A model generated the notes under the pieces. The model ran no database searches. It was given only the letters and a program-made list of their open reading frames with translations, and was not told the origin of the DNA. The translations under genes and the position numbers were made by a program. Of a DNA stretch of 64,000 nt, positions 41,316 to 50,766 are shown piece after piece; the first letter of the stretch is position 1, and each line of letters starts with the position of its first letter. Source of the DNA: an uncultured Acidobacteriota bacterium (GTDB lineage Bacteria; Acidobacteriota; Thermoanaerobaculia; Gp7-AA8); assembly GCA_963741955.1 (NCBI GenBank), contig CAVUKB010000004.1, positions 480,001-544,000 on the forward strand. Reading direction: 5' to 3'.

Positions 41316-41885
41316 GTGTTCATCATGACCGGATTCGGCATGCTCTGGATTCCGATCCTCGTCGCCGGCGTCGCGGTGTTCGTGCTCAGCTCGATCATCC
41401 ACATGGCGCCGCTGTGGCACCGCAACGACTTCCCGAAACTTCCGGACGAAGAAGGGGTCAGGGCTGCACTCGGGCCCGTGCGGATCCCTCCTGGCGAGTA
41501 CATCGTCCCGCGCGCAGGGACCCCCGCCGAGATGAAGTCTCCCGAATACGTCGAGAAGCTGAACCAGGGACCGGTGATGATGATGACCGTTCTTCCGAAC
41601 GGCCAGTTCGGGATGGCGCGCGACATGATCCTCTGGCTCGTTTACATTCTGCTGGTCAGCTTCTTCTCCGCCTACATTGCCGGCCGAGCCCTTCCTCCGG
41701 GTGCGATCTACCTCTCCGTCTTCCGGTTCGCAGGAGCGACGGCGTTCATCGGGTATGCGGTTGCGCTCTGGCAGATGTCGATCTGGTACAGGCGCTCGTG
41801 GAGTCTGACCCTGAAGATCACCTTCGACGGGATCCTCTACGCCATCCTCACCGGCGGGATTTTCGGCTGGCTCTGGCCGCGGTAG
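41316..41885 (+). CDS. Hypothetical membrane protein
   Basis: Four TM segments; GGAGG ribosome-binding site; ends FGWLWPR. Confidence 0.7.
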   Translation: MFIMTGFGMLWIPILVAGVAVFVLSSIIHMAPLWHRNDFPKLPDEEGVRAALGPVRIPPGEYIVPRAGTPAEMKSPEYVEKLNQGPVMMMTVLPNGQFGMARDMILWLVYILLVSFFSAYIAGRALPPGAIYLSVFRFAGATAFIGYAVALWQMSIWYRRSWSLTLKITFDGILYAILTGGIFGWLWPR

Positions 41886-41973
41886 CCGCAGGCACCGAGC
41901 AGCTCACCCCTGAAGCCGGCGCGCCCGCTCTTCCGGACGAGCTCCGGCCGAGCGATGGTGGTTCGCACGATTG

Positions 41974-43302
41974 ATGCGTACGGCTTCGGCGGGACTGGTA
42001 TCCTTCTCTCCGATGAATCGCCGTTCTCCGATCGGACAGCCCGAGCGAATCCGCATCGCTCTCTCCGACGATGCGTCGGGATCGATTCCGCTGTCGCTTC
42101 CGCGTCGGCGCGTGTGGCCGGCGGGGATTTTCACCGGAATTTTCTTTCTGGTGATGACCAGCATCAGCTGGGGGGCGATCTCCTCGATCCACCGCTCCGC
42201 GGTGCACGATTTCTCCGACCTCGGGATCATCCTTTTCAGTTCGTTCTGGGTTCTCGGGTGGTCGGCCGGTGCGCTCTTCTTCGGCGCGCTCACCGTTCTC
42301 CTCCTCTTCTACCGCGAGAGCGCCCTGATTCAGGGTGACCGCCTGGTCGTCGGGCCGCGCCTGGGGCCGATCCGCATCCGAGCCGAATACGAGCTGGTGA
42401 AGATCCGCGACGTCCACGTCGAAAGCGCTGCCGCGAAGAACGGAGTCGCGATGGCGCGAGTCCGTTTCGGGTACCGCGGCGGGACCACGGGACTCGGCGA
42501 TGCGATGCCGCTCCCGCGCGCGGAGCATCTCGTGCGAATGCTCGAGCATGCCCGCGCGACGGTCGCGACAATTGCGACGACATCCGCGACTCAGGAAGAG
42601 GATGCCGCCGGGCTTTCGAAACCATTCGAGCCGCCGTCCGCAGCCGTCGATACGGATGCGCCGCCGTTCTCGTGGGCCGCGCCGTCGATGATCTCGCTCG
42701 TCGCCGCGAATGCGATCCCACTCGCGGGCGTCCTCCTGTTCCACTGGGATCTGGGGCAGCTGCTGCTCCTCTTCTGGGCGGAGAGCGCGGTGATCGGGTT
42801 CTACAACCTCCTCAAGCTGATCGTCGTCGCGAAGTGGGGAGCCCTCTTCATCGGCCCCTTCTTTGCGGGTCACTACGGCGGCTTCATGGCGGGACACCTG
42901 CTGTTCATCTACGTTCTCTTCATCAAGGGAGCGGAAGGCGGTGTCTCGGGCGAGCCGGTGACGACGACGCTGCGATCACTCTTCGCGCCTCTCTGGGTCG
43001 CGCTTCTGGCGATGTTCATCAGTCATGGCCTCTCGTTCTTCCTGAACTTCATCGGGCGGAAGGAGTACCGCACGGCGAACGTCGGAACGCTGATGGCCGC
43101 TCCCTACGGACGAATCGTGATGATGCACGTGACGATCATCGCTGGGGGGTGGATCATCATGATGCTCGGCAGTCCGCTCCCGGCACTGGCTCTCCTGGTG
43201 GTGCTCAAGACCGCCGCCGATTTCCGTGCGCACCGAAAAGAGCACGGGAGCGGTCCGGCGATGCTCGCCGCGCGGCGGGGTGCGAGCGCTTCCGCGTCGT
43301 GA
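41974..43302 (+). CDS. Membrane protein with C-terminal DUF6498-like domain
   Basis: ANAIPLAGVLLFHWD, FWAESAVIG, PYGRIVMMHV; start uncertain. Confidence 0.6.
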   Translation: MRTASAGLVSFSPMNRRSPIGQPERIRIALSDDASGSIPLSLPRRRVWPAGIFTGIFFLVMTSISWGAISSIHRSAVHDFSDLGIILFSSFWVLGWSAGALFFGALTVLLLFYRESALIQGDRLVVGPRLGPIRIRAEYELVKIRDVHVESAAAKNGVAMARVRFGYRGGTTGLGDAMPLPRAEHLVRMLEHARATVATIATTSATQEEDAAGLSKPFEPPSAAVDTDAPPFSWAAPSMISLVAANAIPLAGVLLFHWDLGQLLLLFWAESAVIGFYNLLKLIVVAKWGALFIGPFFAGHYGGFMAGHLLFIYVLFIKGAEGGVSGEPVTTTLRSLFAPLWVALLAMFISHGLSFFLNFIGRKEYRTANVGTLMAAPYGRIVMMHVTIIAGGWIIMMLGSPLPALALLVVLKTAADFRAHRKEHGSGPAMLAARRGASASAS

Positions 43303-43356
43303 AAATGACGGAGATTCCCGATCGCCGGGTGCGGGTCTTGCGGGGAGTCTCCAACC

Positions 43357-44082
43357 ATGCCTGAAACGAGACACGAGGAACGGACCGACGACGTGACCCG
43401 TGGTGAGGGTCTGCCGGTGGTCCGGGCCGAGCGCCTGAGCCGCGTCACCGGGACCACTGTTCTCGTCGGGGACGCGACGTTCGATGTCCTGAAGGGAGAG
43501 ATGCTCGCGATCGTGGGACCGAGCGGCTCCGGGAAGAGCTCTCTTCTTCGCCTTCTGAATCGCCTCGACGAACCGACCGGCGGAACGGTGTACGTCAACG
43601 GGACTGATTACCGCGAGATCCCGCCGCGCGAGCTGAGGCGCGAGATCGGAATGGTCACCCAGCGTCCTTTCCTCTTTCCCGGCACCGTGGCGGCGAATCT
43701 CCGCTTCGGCCCGGCGCAGCGTGGAGAGTTACTCGGGGATCACGAGCTCGCCGATCTCCTCACACGAGCGGGCCTGGATGGGTACGCGGAACGCGACGTG
43801 GCGAACCTCTCCGGAGGCGAGCAGCAGCGCGTCTCCGTCGCCCGGACCCTCGCGAATCATCCGCTGGTCCTCCTTCTCGACGAACCGACGTCGTCTCTCG
43901 ACGAGCGATTCAAGCTGGAGATCGAGACATTGATCGCGTCGATCGTCCGGGACCAGAACCTCACTTGCGTGCTCGTGACGCACGACATGCGTCAGGCACG
44001 GAGACTTGCAGATCGCGCCATCGTGCTCGAGGCCGGGAGGATCGTCCGGACCGGTCCGGTCGAGGAGGTACTCGATGCTTGA
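43357..44082 (+). CDS. ABC transporter ATP-binding protein (FetA/YbbL-like)
   Basis: [24 protein letters not shown]; overlaps the FetB-like permease. Confidence 0.85.
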   Translation: MPETRHEERTDDVTRGEGLPVVRAERLSRVTGTTVLVGDATFDVLKGEMLAIVGPSGSGKSSLLRLLNRLDEPTGGTVYVNGTDYREIPPRELRREIGMVTQRPFLFPGTVAANLRFGPAQRGELLGDHELADLLTRAGLDGYAERDVANLSGGEQQRVSVARTLANHPLVLLLDEPTSSLDERFKLEIETLIASIVRDQNLTCVLVTHDMRQARRLADRAIVLEAGRIVRTGPVEEVLDA

Positions 44083-44881
44083 ACATTGGCTTCATTCCCC
44101 GCTGCAACTCGTGATCGCTCAGGCATTGGTGGCGGCCGCAGCAGCCACGGTCGTAGTGGTTCTCGCACACCGCCGTGGGATCCGGCTGGAGGGCGACGCT
44201 GCGATCGCGATGATCCGCGGCCTGGTACAGATCGTCGCAGTCGGTTCGATACTCGTGCTTCTTCTTCGCGGTCCCCGCTGGACGAGCGTCTTCCTTCTGG
44301 TCGCGATGATCCTCGCCGCCGGGGCGACGTCGGCGAGACGTGCGAAGAAACTTCCCGGCGCATTCGCAGTCTCCGCCTGGGCGATCGCGGGAGGAGCCGG
44401 ATCGATCATCGCGGTGATGACTGCTCTCGGCGTGATCGACACAGCGATCACCTCCCTGGTGCCGGTCGGCAGCATGCTGATCGCGAACGCGATGAACACC
44501 AACAGCCTGGCGATGAACCGGTTCCGTTCCGAAGTGCTGGCCCACGTCGGCGAAGTCGAGACCGCGCTGGCTCTCGGCGCGGAGTCGAGAACGAGCGTGT
44601 CGCCCTACGTGCAGAATGCTTTCGAATCGAGTCTGATCCCCGCCATCGACTCGCTCCGATCGCTCGGCATCGTCTGGATTCCCGGGCTGATGACCGGCAT
44701 GCTCCTCTCCGGTGCGAACCCCATCCACGCGGCCATCTACCAGTTCGTGGTGATCGCGATGGTTCTCGCCTCGTCCGGCCTTACTTCCCTCATCAGCACG
44801 TTGCTGATCCGCCCCCGGATCTTTTCCGCGGCGGATCAGCTGGTGCTGCGAGAGGGGATGGCTGGAAACCCGAGGGGTTGA
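44075..44881 (+). CDS. fetB: ABC permease FetB/YbbM-like
   Basis: RGLVQ, PVGSMLIANAM, ETALALGA, LIPAIDSLRSLGIV.IPG.MTG..LSG..P..A..YQ. Confidence 0.8.
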   Translation: MLEHWLHSPLQLVIAQALVAAAAATVVVVLAHRRGIRLEGDAAIAMIRGLVQIVAVGSILVLLLRGPRWTSVFLLVAMILAAGATSARRAKKLPGAFAVSAWAIAGGAGSIIAVMTALGVIDTAITSLVPVGSMLIANAMNTNSLAMNRFRSEVLAHVGEVETALALGAESRTSVSPYVQNAFESSLIPAIDSLRSLGIVWIPGLMTGMLLSGANPIHAAIYQFVVIAMVLASSGLTSLISTLLIRPRIFSAADQLVLREGMAGNPRG

Positions 44882-44966
44882 CCTTCCGGCACCGCAGGAG
44901 TCTCGAAGATCCCGCAGGAAAATCTGCCGAGATCTCCATCTCTCGATCAGCTTCGCCTGCTCTCTC

Positions 44967-46391
44967 TCATTTCGCCGGCGCGGCGTTCACATCCTTCGCC
45001 GGGCGGAAACCGGGATCGGTGATCTTCATCTCTTCCACCGGACCGTACTTCTTCACCACGTCGCGGATCGCGGACGCCTTTCCGATGAAGACGAAGGTGA
45101 GATTGTCCGTGGTCGGGTAGACTCGGTCGATCACCTTCCGGATCCCCTCCGTCGTCACGGCATTCACCCTTGCCGCGTACTCGTCGACGTCGCTGCGATC
45201 AAGACCGTAGAACGCGAGCTCCGAGATCTTCGATGCGAGCTGCCCGTTCCGTTCGAGCTCGGGGGGATACTGCCCGAGGACGTATGCCTTTGCGGAGGCA
45301 AGGGTCTCGGCATCGAGCCCGTTCTGATGGAAACGCTTCAGAACGTCGAGGGAGAGATCGACCGCCTTCTCCGTCGAGTCGTTTTTCGTGTAGGAGCTGA
45401 TGGCGAGCGCGCCGGGCCGCGTGTCGAGATCGAGCACGGAGCTCGCGCCGTAGGTCAGTCCCGATTTGATCCTCAGCTCGGAATTGATCATCGACGTGAA
45501 GCGACCTCCGAACACGGTGTTGGCGAGGTCGGTCGCGACATAGTCGGGATCGGTACGGGCGATGCCGAGATTGCCGATCCAGAAGTAGGTCTGGGTGGCG
45601 TCCGGTTTGTCGACGAGGAGGACGCGCCTTCCTTTGGACGCTGCGGTCGGCGGCGCGACAGGAGCCGGGGCGGGCGTCCTGGCCCACTCGCCGAAGGCTT
45701 TCTCGATCCGGCCGGCCATGCCCTTCGCGTCGAAATCGCCGACCACCGCTAGGATCAGACGGTTTCCCCCGAAGTTCGCACGGTAATCGTCGAGGACGTC
45801 CTTACGGGTGATCGTTGCGAGAGTCGTTGCGGTTCCGCGCAGCGGATTTCCGTACGGGTGATCGCCGAAGAACCAGGCGTGGAAGTACGTGCCGATCAGC
45901 CATCGCGGATCGCCGTCCTTCGCCGCCGCGAGGCGTTCGATCGCCTGTTGCCGCACCTTGGCCAGCTCGTCTTCCGGGAATGCCGGACGGATCAGGAGAT
46001 CGGAGAGCAGCTCGACCATCAGATCGGAGTCGCGAGCGAGGAACTCGCCGCGTACGAGAGTCTCTTCCAGGCCGGGAGAAACGGAGAGGTCTGCGCCGGC
46101 GCCGTCGACGGCGCTTGCGAATTCCGCTGCGCTCCGTTTCCCGGCGCCCTTCTGGAGCATCTCCGCCGTGATTGCAGTCACGCCCTCCTTGCCGGAAGGA
46201 TCGTCAATCGCCCCGCCGCGCAGCCGCGCGGTGAACGCGATCATCGGAACATCGTGCTTTTCCATCAGGAGCACGGTGGCACCGTTCTTCAGATGAAGCT
46301 CCTGGTACGGCGGGAGCGTGACGCCGGCGGGTTCGGCCGCCTGCAGAATTCCGGCGGTGAGAAGAAGAGGGAGGAAGAACTGGAGCTTCAT
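44967..46391 (-). CDS. M16 family peptidase, non-catalytic subunit
   Basis: LKNG, HPYG, VVGD, FGGRFTS.....LR...GLTYG; no HxxEH. Confidence 0.85.
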   Translation of the reverse strand: MKLQFFLPLLLTAGILQAAEPAGVTLPPYQELHLKNGATVLLMEKHDVPMIAFTARLRGGAIDDPSGKEGVTAITAEMLQKGAGKRSAAEFASAVDGAGADLSVSPGLEETLVRGEFLARDSDLMVELLSDLLIRPAFPEDELAKVRQQAIERLAAAKDGDPRWLIGTYFHAWFFGDHPYGNPLRGTATTLATITRKDVLDDYRANFGGNRLILAVVGDFDAKGMAGRIEKAFGEWARTPAPAPVAPPTAASKGRRVLLVDKPDATQTYFWIGNLGIARTDPDYVATDLANTVFGGRFTSMINSELRIKSGLTYGASSVLDLDTRPGALAISSYTKNDSTEKAVDLSLDVLKRFHQNGLDAETLASAKAYVLGQYPPELERNGQLASKISELAFYGLDRSDVDEYAARVNAVTTEGIRKVIDRVYPTTDNLTFVFIGKASAIRDVVKKYGPVEEMKITDPGFRPAKDVNAAPAK

Positions 46392-47746
46392 CGTGACGCC
46401 TCCGGGGCGTTTCCGGCGGCCGGAACGAGCTGGCCGACCGTTCGATTGGTCGGGGTGAAGTACTTTGCTGCGACGTCGCGGATCTGCTCCGCGGTCACCG
46501 CTTCGTACGTTGCCGGTGCGGAGAAGAGCTGGTGATAGTCGCCGTGGAAGACCTCGTACTCGCCGAGTGCACGAGCCTTTCCGTTGATCGTCTCGAGGCC
46601 GCCCCAGAACTGCGCGAGAAACATGTTCTTCACCTTGGTCACCTCGGCGGGAGTCGGCCCATCGTGTGCGATCCGGGCGATCTCTTCGTCGATGATCTTT
46701 TCCGTTCGGTCGAGATTCCCGTCGGCGGAGAGAGTCACCATCATCCACGCGAGCCCCGGATCGAAGCCCTCGTCGGCGTATGCGTCGACACGGAGCGCCT
46801 GGCGCTCCTGGTCGACGAGGCGGCGGTAGAGACGGGACGAATCTCCTTCGGTGAGAATCGAGAGGAGGAGATTCACGGCGGGAAGGTCGGCGTCGGTGGC
46901 GTTGCCGATGTGCCATGCCATCTGAAGGATCGGCACCTGAGCGGCTTTGGTGATCTCCACCCGACGTTCACCTTTCTGCGCCGGCTCCTTCGTTCGGATC
47001 GGTGGAGGCGGATCGTGTCGCGGGATCGGTCCGAGGTACTGTTCGGCGAGAGAGAAGATCTCGTCGGGGGTCACGTCTCCGGTGACGATCATGGTGGCGT
47101 TGTTCGGAGCGTAATAGGTGCGGAAGTACCGGACCAGATCCTCCCGGGTCCATGATTCGATGTCGGAGGGCCAGCCGATGACCGGGTTGTGGTAGGGATG
47201 GGCGAGGAAGGCGGTCGACTGCACCTGCTCGGAGAGAAGTCCGAAGTTGTTGTTGTCGACCGACGAGCGACGCTCGGAGTAGACCACGCCGCGCTCGCTG
47301 TCGATCATCTTCGGGTCGAAGGCGAGGTTCTGGATCCGGTCGGCTTCGAGATCGAAGATGGTCCGGAGAGCCGACTTCGGGAACCAGTCCTCGTAGACGG
47401 TGACGTTCTCGCTGGTGAAGGCGTTGTTCGATCCGCCCGCCGCTTCCATGACTCGGTCGAACTCTCCCGGCCCGTACTTTTTCGCGCCGTTGAACATCAT
47501 GTGCTCGAAGAAGTGGGAGAGACCGGTGATCCCGGTGACCTCGTTGCGGCTTCCGACGTGGAACCAGTCGTAGATCACCACGTTCGGGATGTCGTGATCG
47601 GGCCAGACGATGATTTTCATCCCGTTCGGGAGCACTTTGCTGCGGATGTCCTTCCCGAGGCTCGATGCGGCATCCGGAGTGGCAGCGATCGCGGAGGCCC
47701 CGAGCAGGAGTGCCGTGATCGAGAGAAGCAGTACGAAGCGTTTCAT
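46388..47746 (-). CDS. M16 family zinc peptidase, catalytic subunit
   Basis: GSRNE..G.TGLSHFFEHMMF, NAFT, HPYHNPVIGW, YYAPNNA. Confidence 0.92.
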   Translation of the reverse strand: MKRFVLLLSITALLLGASAIAATPDAASSLGKDIRSKVLPNGMKIIVWPDHDIPNVVIYDWFHVGSRNEVTGITGLSHFFEHMMFNGAKKYGPGEFDRVMEAAGGSNNAFTSENVTVYEDWFPKSALRTIFDLEADRIQNLAFDPKMIDSERGVVYSERRSSVDNNNFGLLSEQVQSTAFLAHPYHNPVIGWPSDIESWTREDLVRYFRTYYAPNNATMIVTGDVTPDEIFSLAEQYLGPIPRHDPPPPIRTKEPAQKGERRVEITKAAQVPILQMAWHIGNATDADLPAVNLLLSILTEGDSSRLYRRLVDQERQALRVDAYADEGFDPGLAWMMVTLSADGNLDRTEKIIDEEIARIAHDGPTPAEVTKVKNMFLAQFWGGLETINGKARALGEYEVFHGDYHQLFSAPATYEAVTAEQIRDVAAKYFTPTNRTVGQLVPAAGNAPEASR

Positions 47747-47794
47747 CAGAGTGTCATCCTCTCTTCGGTAGATCGGAACGCGGCGGTGCGCGAG

Positions 47795-48949
47795 TCAGTT
47801 TCTGGCGATCACGTACCACCCTGGAGCGGTGAGATCATCGATGGAGTATTCGAGATTGGCGGCGTCGAGTTTCGTCCTGAGATCCTCGAACTCGGGAGTG
47901 AGGATCGGCGTCTGAGAGCGGAGCTCGACCAGTTGCCACCCGGCGATGCTCAGCATCTCTTCAATGGTCCGGCGGGTGAAGAAGCGAAGATGACCGGCGC
48001 AGAGAATCCCCATGTACACGTAATCGAAACGTCCGCGCAGAAGATCGGAGACCACCGGCCAGCTGGAGACGTTCGGGAGACTGAGCAGCAGATGCCCGCC
48101 CGGGGCCGCGAGGCGGCGCAGTCGCTGGAGAAACGTCCACGGCTCGTCCAGATGCTCGAGGATGTCTCCCCCGATGATCCAGTCGAACCTCTCGTCCACC
48201 TCGTCGACGACCTTCCGGACGTCTCCCGCAATCAGCCGGTCCACCCTCGCTCTTGCCGCCGCCTCGGCTTCCGGGTCGAGCTCCACTCCGACCACCCGGC
48301 ACCGCTGACGGAGTTTCAGCGCTTCGGCGAGGGCTCCTTCACCGCATCCGAATTCGAGGATGCTTCGGGCATCGGAAGGAATGATCTCGAGAAGATCGCC
48401 GCGCAGCTGTCCGCGCATCGACGCGAAGCGGTGCACGAATAGTGCGGGCACCACGGTGACCCGCGCGCCGTCGAGCGCCGAGTGGAGCGGCCCTGCCGAT
48501 CCGGCGATCGCAGCGGTTCGGGCGAGATAGATCCCGGGATCGGCGTCACCCCAGTCGGTGGTGAACGGCGCGGTGGCGTCCGCCGCGATGGCCGACGCCA
48601 CCTCTTCCAGCTGCCTCAGGGTCTGGTAGGGTCGGGGAGGTGCAACGCGCTGGCGCGGCTCGTCTCCCTCGTTCGAGACCGGGACCGCGGCCACCGCTTC
48701 GGACCCTTCGAGGGCCGTGGCGAGTCCACGCGCGAGGTCCGCGGGCGGCACCGCGAGCGGATCCGTCACCACCAGCACGAGCGGAGTGGCGACGGTCTCG
48801 ACGAGTCGAGCAGCGGGACTCCCGGGATCGTAACGCACCAGCGGGGCCTGCTCCGCGTCGCGAAGAATCCGCATCTCGCACTGCCAGGCGGCATAGCGCT
48901 CCTCGATGGCAGGATGGGTCGAATTGGGGAAGAGGATCGTCAGATCCAT
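47795..48949 (-). CDS. SAM-dependent methyltransferase with degenerate N-terminal glycosyltransferase-like region
   Basis: ILEFGCGEG, FDWIIGGDILEHLDEP, SLPNV, HLRFFT. Confidence 0.75.
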   Translation of the reverse strand: MDLTILFPNSTHPAIEERYAAWQCEMRILRDAEQAPLVRYDPGSPAARLVETVATPLVLVVTDPLAVPPADLARGLATALEGSEAVAAVPVSNEGDEPRQRVAPPRPYQTLRQLEEVASAIAADATAPFTTDWGDADPGIYLARTAAIAGSAGPLHSALDGARVTVVPALFVHRFASMRGQLRGDLLEIIPSDARSILEFGCGEGALAEALKLRQRCRVVGVELDPEAEAAARARVDRLIAGDVRKVVDEVDERFDWIIGGDILEHLDEPWTFLQRLRRLAAPGGHLLLSLPNVSSWPVVSDLLRGRFDYVYMGILCAGHLRFFTRRTIEEMLSIAGWQLVELRSQTPILTPEFEDLRTKLDAANLEYSIDDLTAPGWYVIARN

Positions 48950-48993
48950 GGGCGAGACGTTTATGCAACGCCTCAGGAGCGAAGTCAAGAAAT

Positions 48994-49404
48994 GCATCGA
49001 GGATCGAGGATCTGAAAGGCATCGAGGATCGAGGATCGAGGATCCGAAAGGCATCGAGGATCGAGGATCGCGGATCGAGGATCTGAAAGGCATTAGAAAT
49101 CTCTGATGGAAGATCTGGAATCCGGAATCTGAGAGAGATCGAGGACCGTCGATCGAGGAGTGATCGGCATCGCGGATCGGGGCGGGGGAGTCCCGCGTGT
49201 CCTCGATCCCGAAAGCCTCGCAGGTCCTCGATCTCAGATAGTTTCTCCTTGCTGGCCTTCAGATCCACGATCCACGATCCCAGATGCTTTCGATCCTCGA
49301 TCCACGATCCACGATCACAGATGCTTTCGATCCTCGATCCTCGATCCACGATCACAGATGCTTTCGATCCTCGATCCTCGATCCTCGATCCTCGATCCTA
49401 GATG
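48994..49404. repeat. Large inverted array of GATCGAG / GATCCTC heptamers in a divergent intergenic region
   Basis: Left arm 48994-49091 (GATCGAG units punctuated by (t/c)gaaaggc); right arm 49255-49404 (GATCCTC/GATCCAC units punctuated by cagatgcttt). Confidence 0.92.
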
Positions 49405-49429
49405 TCTCTCTTCCCTTACAATGCGGCGC

Positions 49430-50659
49430 GTGGATTTCTCCGTTCGGGCGACAGGGCTTTCGAAGAGCTACCGGCTGTACGAAAAGCCGCTCGACCGGCT
49501 GATCGAAGCGGTGACGCTCCGGCCGCGACACCGCGACTTTCCCGCGCTCCAGGACATCTCTCTCGACGTACGGGTGGGGGAAGCGGTCGGAATCGTCGGC
49601 CGCAACGGAGCGGGCAAGAGCACGCTCCTCGAGCTGGTGTGCGGCGTGACCCAGCCGACCGCGGGAAGCGTGCTGACCGCGGGGCGGATCGCGTCGATCC
49701 TCGAGCTCGGAACGGGATTTCACCCCGAGTTCACGGGGCGCAACAACGCCGAGCTGAATGCAGCGATCCTCGGGCTCTCTCCTTCCGAGATCCGTGAGCG
49801 TCTCCCCCGGATCTACGAGTTCTCGGAGCTCGGCAGCTTCCTCGACCGTCCGGTGAAGACCTACTCCTCCGGGATGTACATGCGGCTCGCATTCTCGGTC
49901 GCGGTGAACGTCGATCCGGAGATCCTGGTCATCGACGAGGCGCTGGCGGTCGGTGACGGTCACTTCCAGCGGAAGTGCTACGAGAAGATCCGGGATTTCC
50001 AGAAGAGCGGACGGACGATTCTTTTCTGTTCGCACGCGCTGGGAGCGGTCGCGGCGCTCTGCGAGCGGACGCTCTGGCTCGACCAGGGACGGGTGCGGAT
50101 GTTCGGTTCGACCGCGGAAGTGATCCAGGCCTACGAGCACTTCCTGATGGGCCAGCAGCTCGCGGAAGCGGACGCGGCCAGCGAGGAGGCGAAGCGGACG
50201 CCGATCCGGATCGTCGACGTCGATCTGCTCGATCGGGAAGGCGTCACGAGGGAGTCTTTCACCACGGGCGAGGAGATGACTCTCCGGATGGAGATCGAGT
50301 CGGCGACGCCCGAACAGCCCATCCATCTCCTGGCCGGCTTTCAGCGTGCGTCGGATCAGATGCAGTGCTTCGCCCTCGCCACACCGTGGGATGGAATCGG
50401 TCCGTGGAGCGGCCGCTCGCACTACCACGCGCGGGTCGACATTCCCTCGCTCCCTCTCGCTCCGGGCGATTACACCATCACGTTCTTCGTCGGCGACGAG
50501 AGCGCGATGCATGTATTCGACTTCAAAGAGGCGTCGTTCACCGTGGAGGGAGAGTCTCTGGAGGGGGCCCTGTTCGAGCTCCAGCACGAGTGGGTGATCG
50601 CGCAGGACGAGCCGTCCGGAACGTCGGCTCCCTCCAGGAATCTGCGGCAGAACCGCTGA
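49430..50659 (+). CDS. wzt: Polysaccharide ABC exporter ATP-binding subunit Wzt with C-terminal Wzt_C domain
   Basis: GRNGAGKSTLL, LELGTGFHPEFTGR.N, PVKTYSSGMYMRLAFSVA, DEALAVGD..FQ.KC; start GTG 49430 or ATG 49421. Confidence 0.9.
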   Translation: MDFSVRATGLSKSYRLYEKPLDRLIEAVTLRPRHRDFPALQDISLDVRVGEAVGIVGRNGAGKSTLLELVCGVTQPTAGSVLTAGRIASILELGTGFHPEFTGRNNAELNAAILGLSPSEIRERLPRIYEFSELGSFLDRPVKTYSSGMYMRLAFSVAVNVDPEILVIDEALAVGDGHFQRKCYEKIRDFQKSGRTILFCSHALGAVAALCERTLWLDQGRVRMFGSTAEVIQAYEHFLMGQQLAEADAASEEAKRTPIRIVDVDLLDREGVTRESFTTGEEMTLRMEIESATPEQPIHLLAGFQRASDQMQCFALATPWDGIGPWSGRSHYHARVDIPSLPLAPGDYTITFFVGDESAMHVFDFKEASFTVEGESLEGALFELQHEWVIAQDEPSGTSAPSRNLRQNR

Positions 50660-50766
50660 TTCGCCGCATTATCTTCGGCATACACGTCCACAGACAGAAT
50701 AAAATACTCCAAAGCTGACACATTCACGCACGATCGTGCGCGGCGCCCCCGGCCAGGCGATCTTCT

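Noticed and set aside
44967-47746. M16 gene lacking HxxEH as a pseudogene
   Set aside because: Active/inactive heterodimeric M16B pairs are normal.
48546-49420. ORFs and N-terminal extensions with RSSILDP/IEDRGS periodic peptides
   Set aside because: These are translations of the stop-free heptamer array. The real starts are 48949 (-) and 49421/49430 (+).
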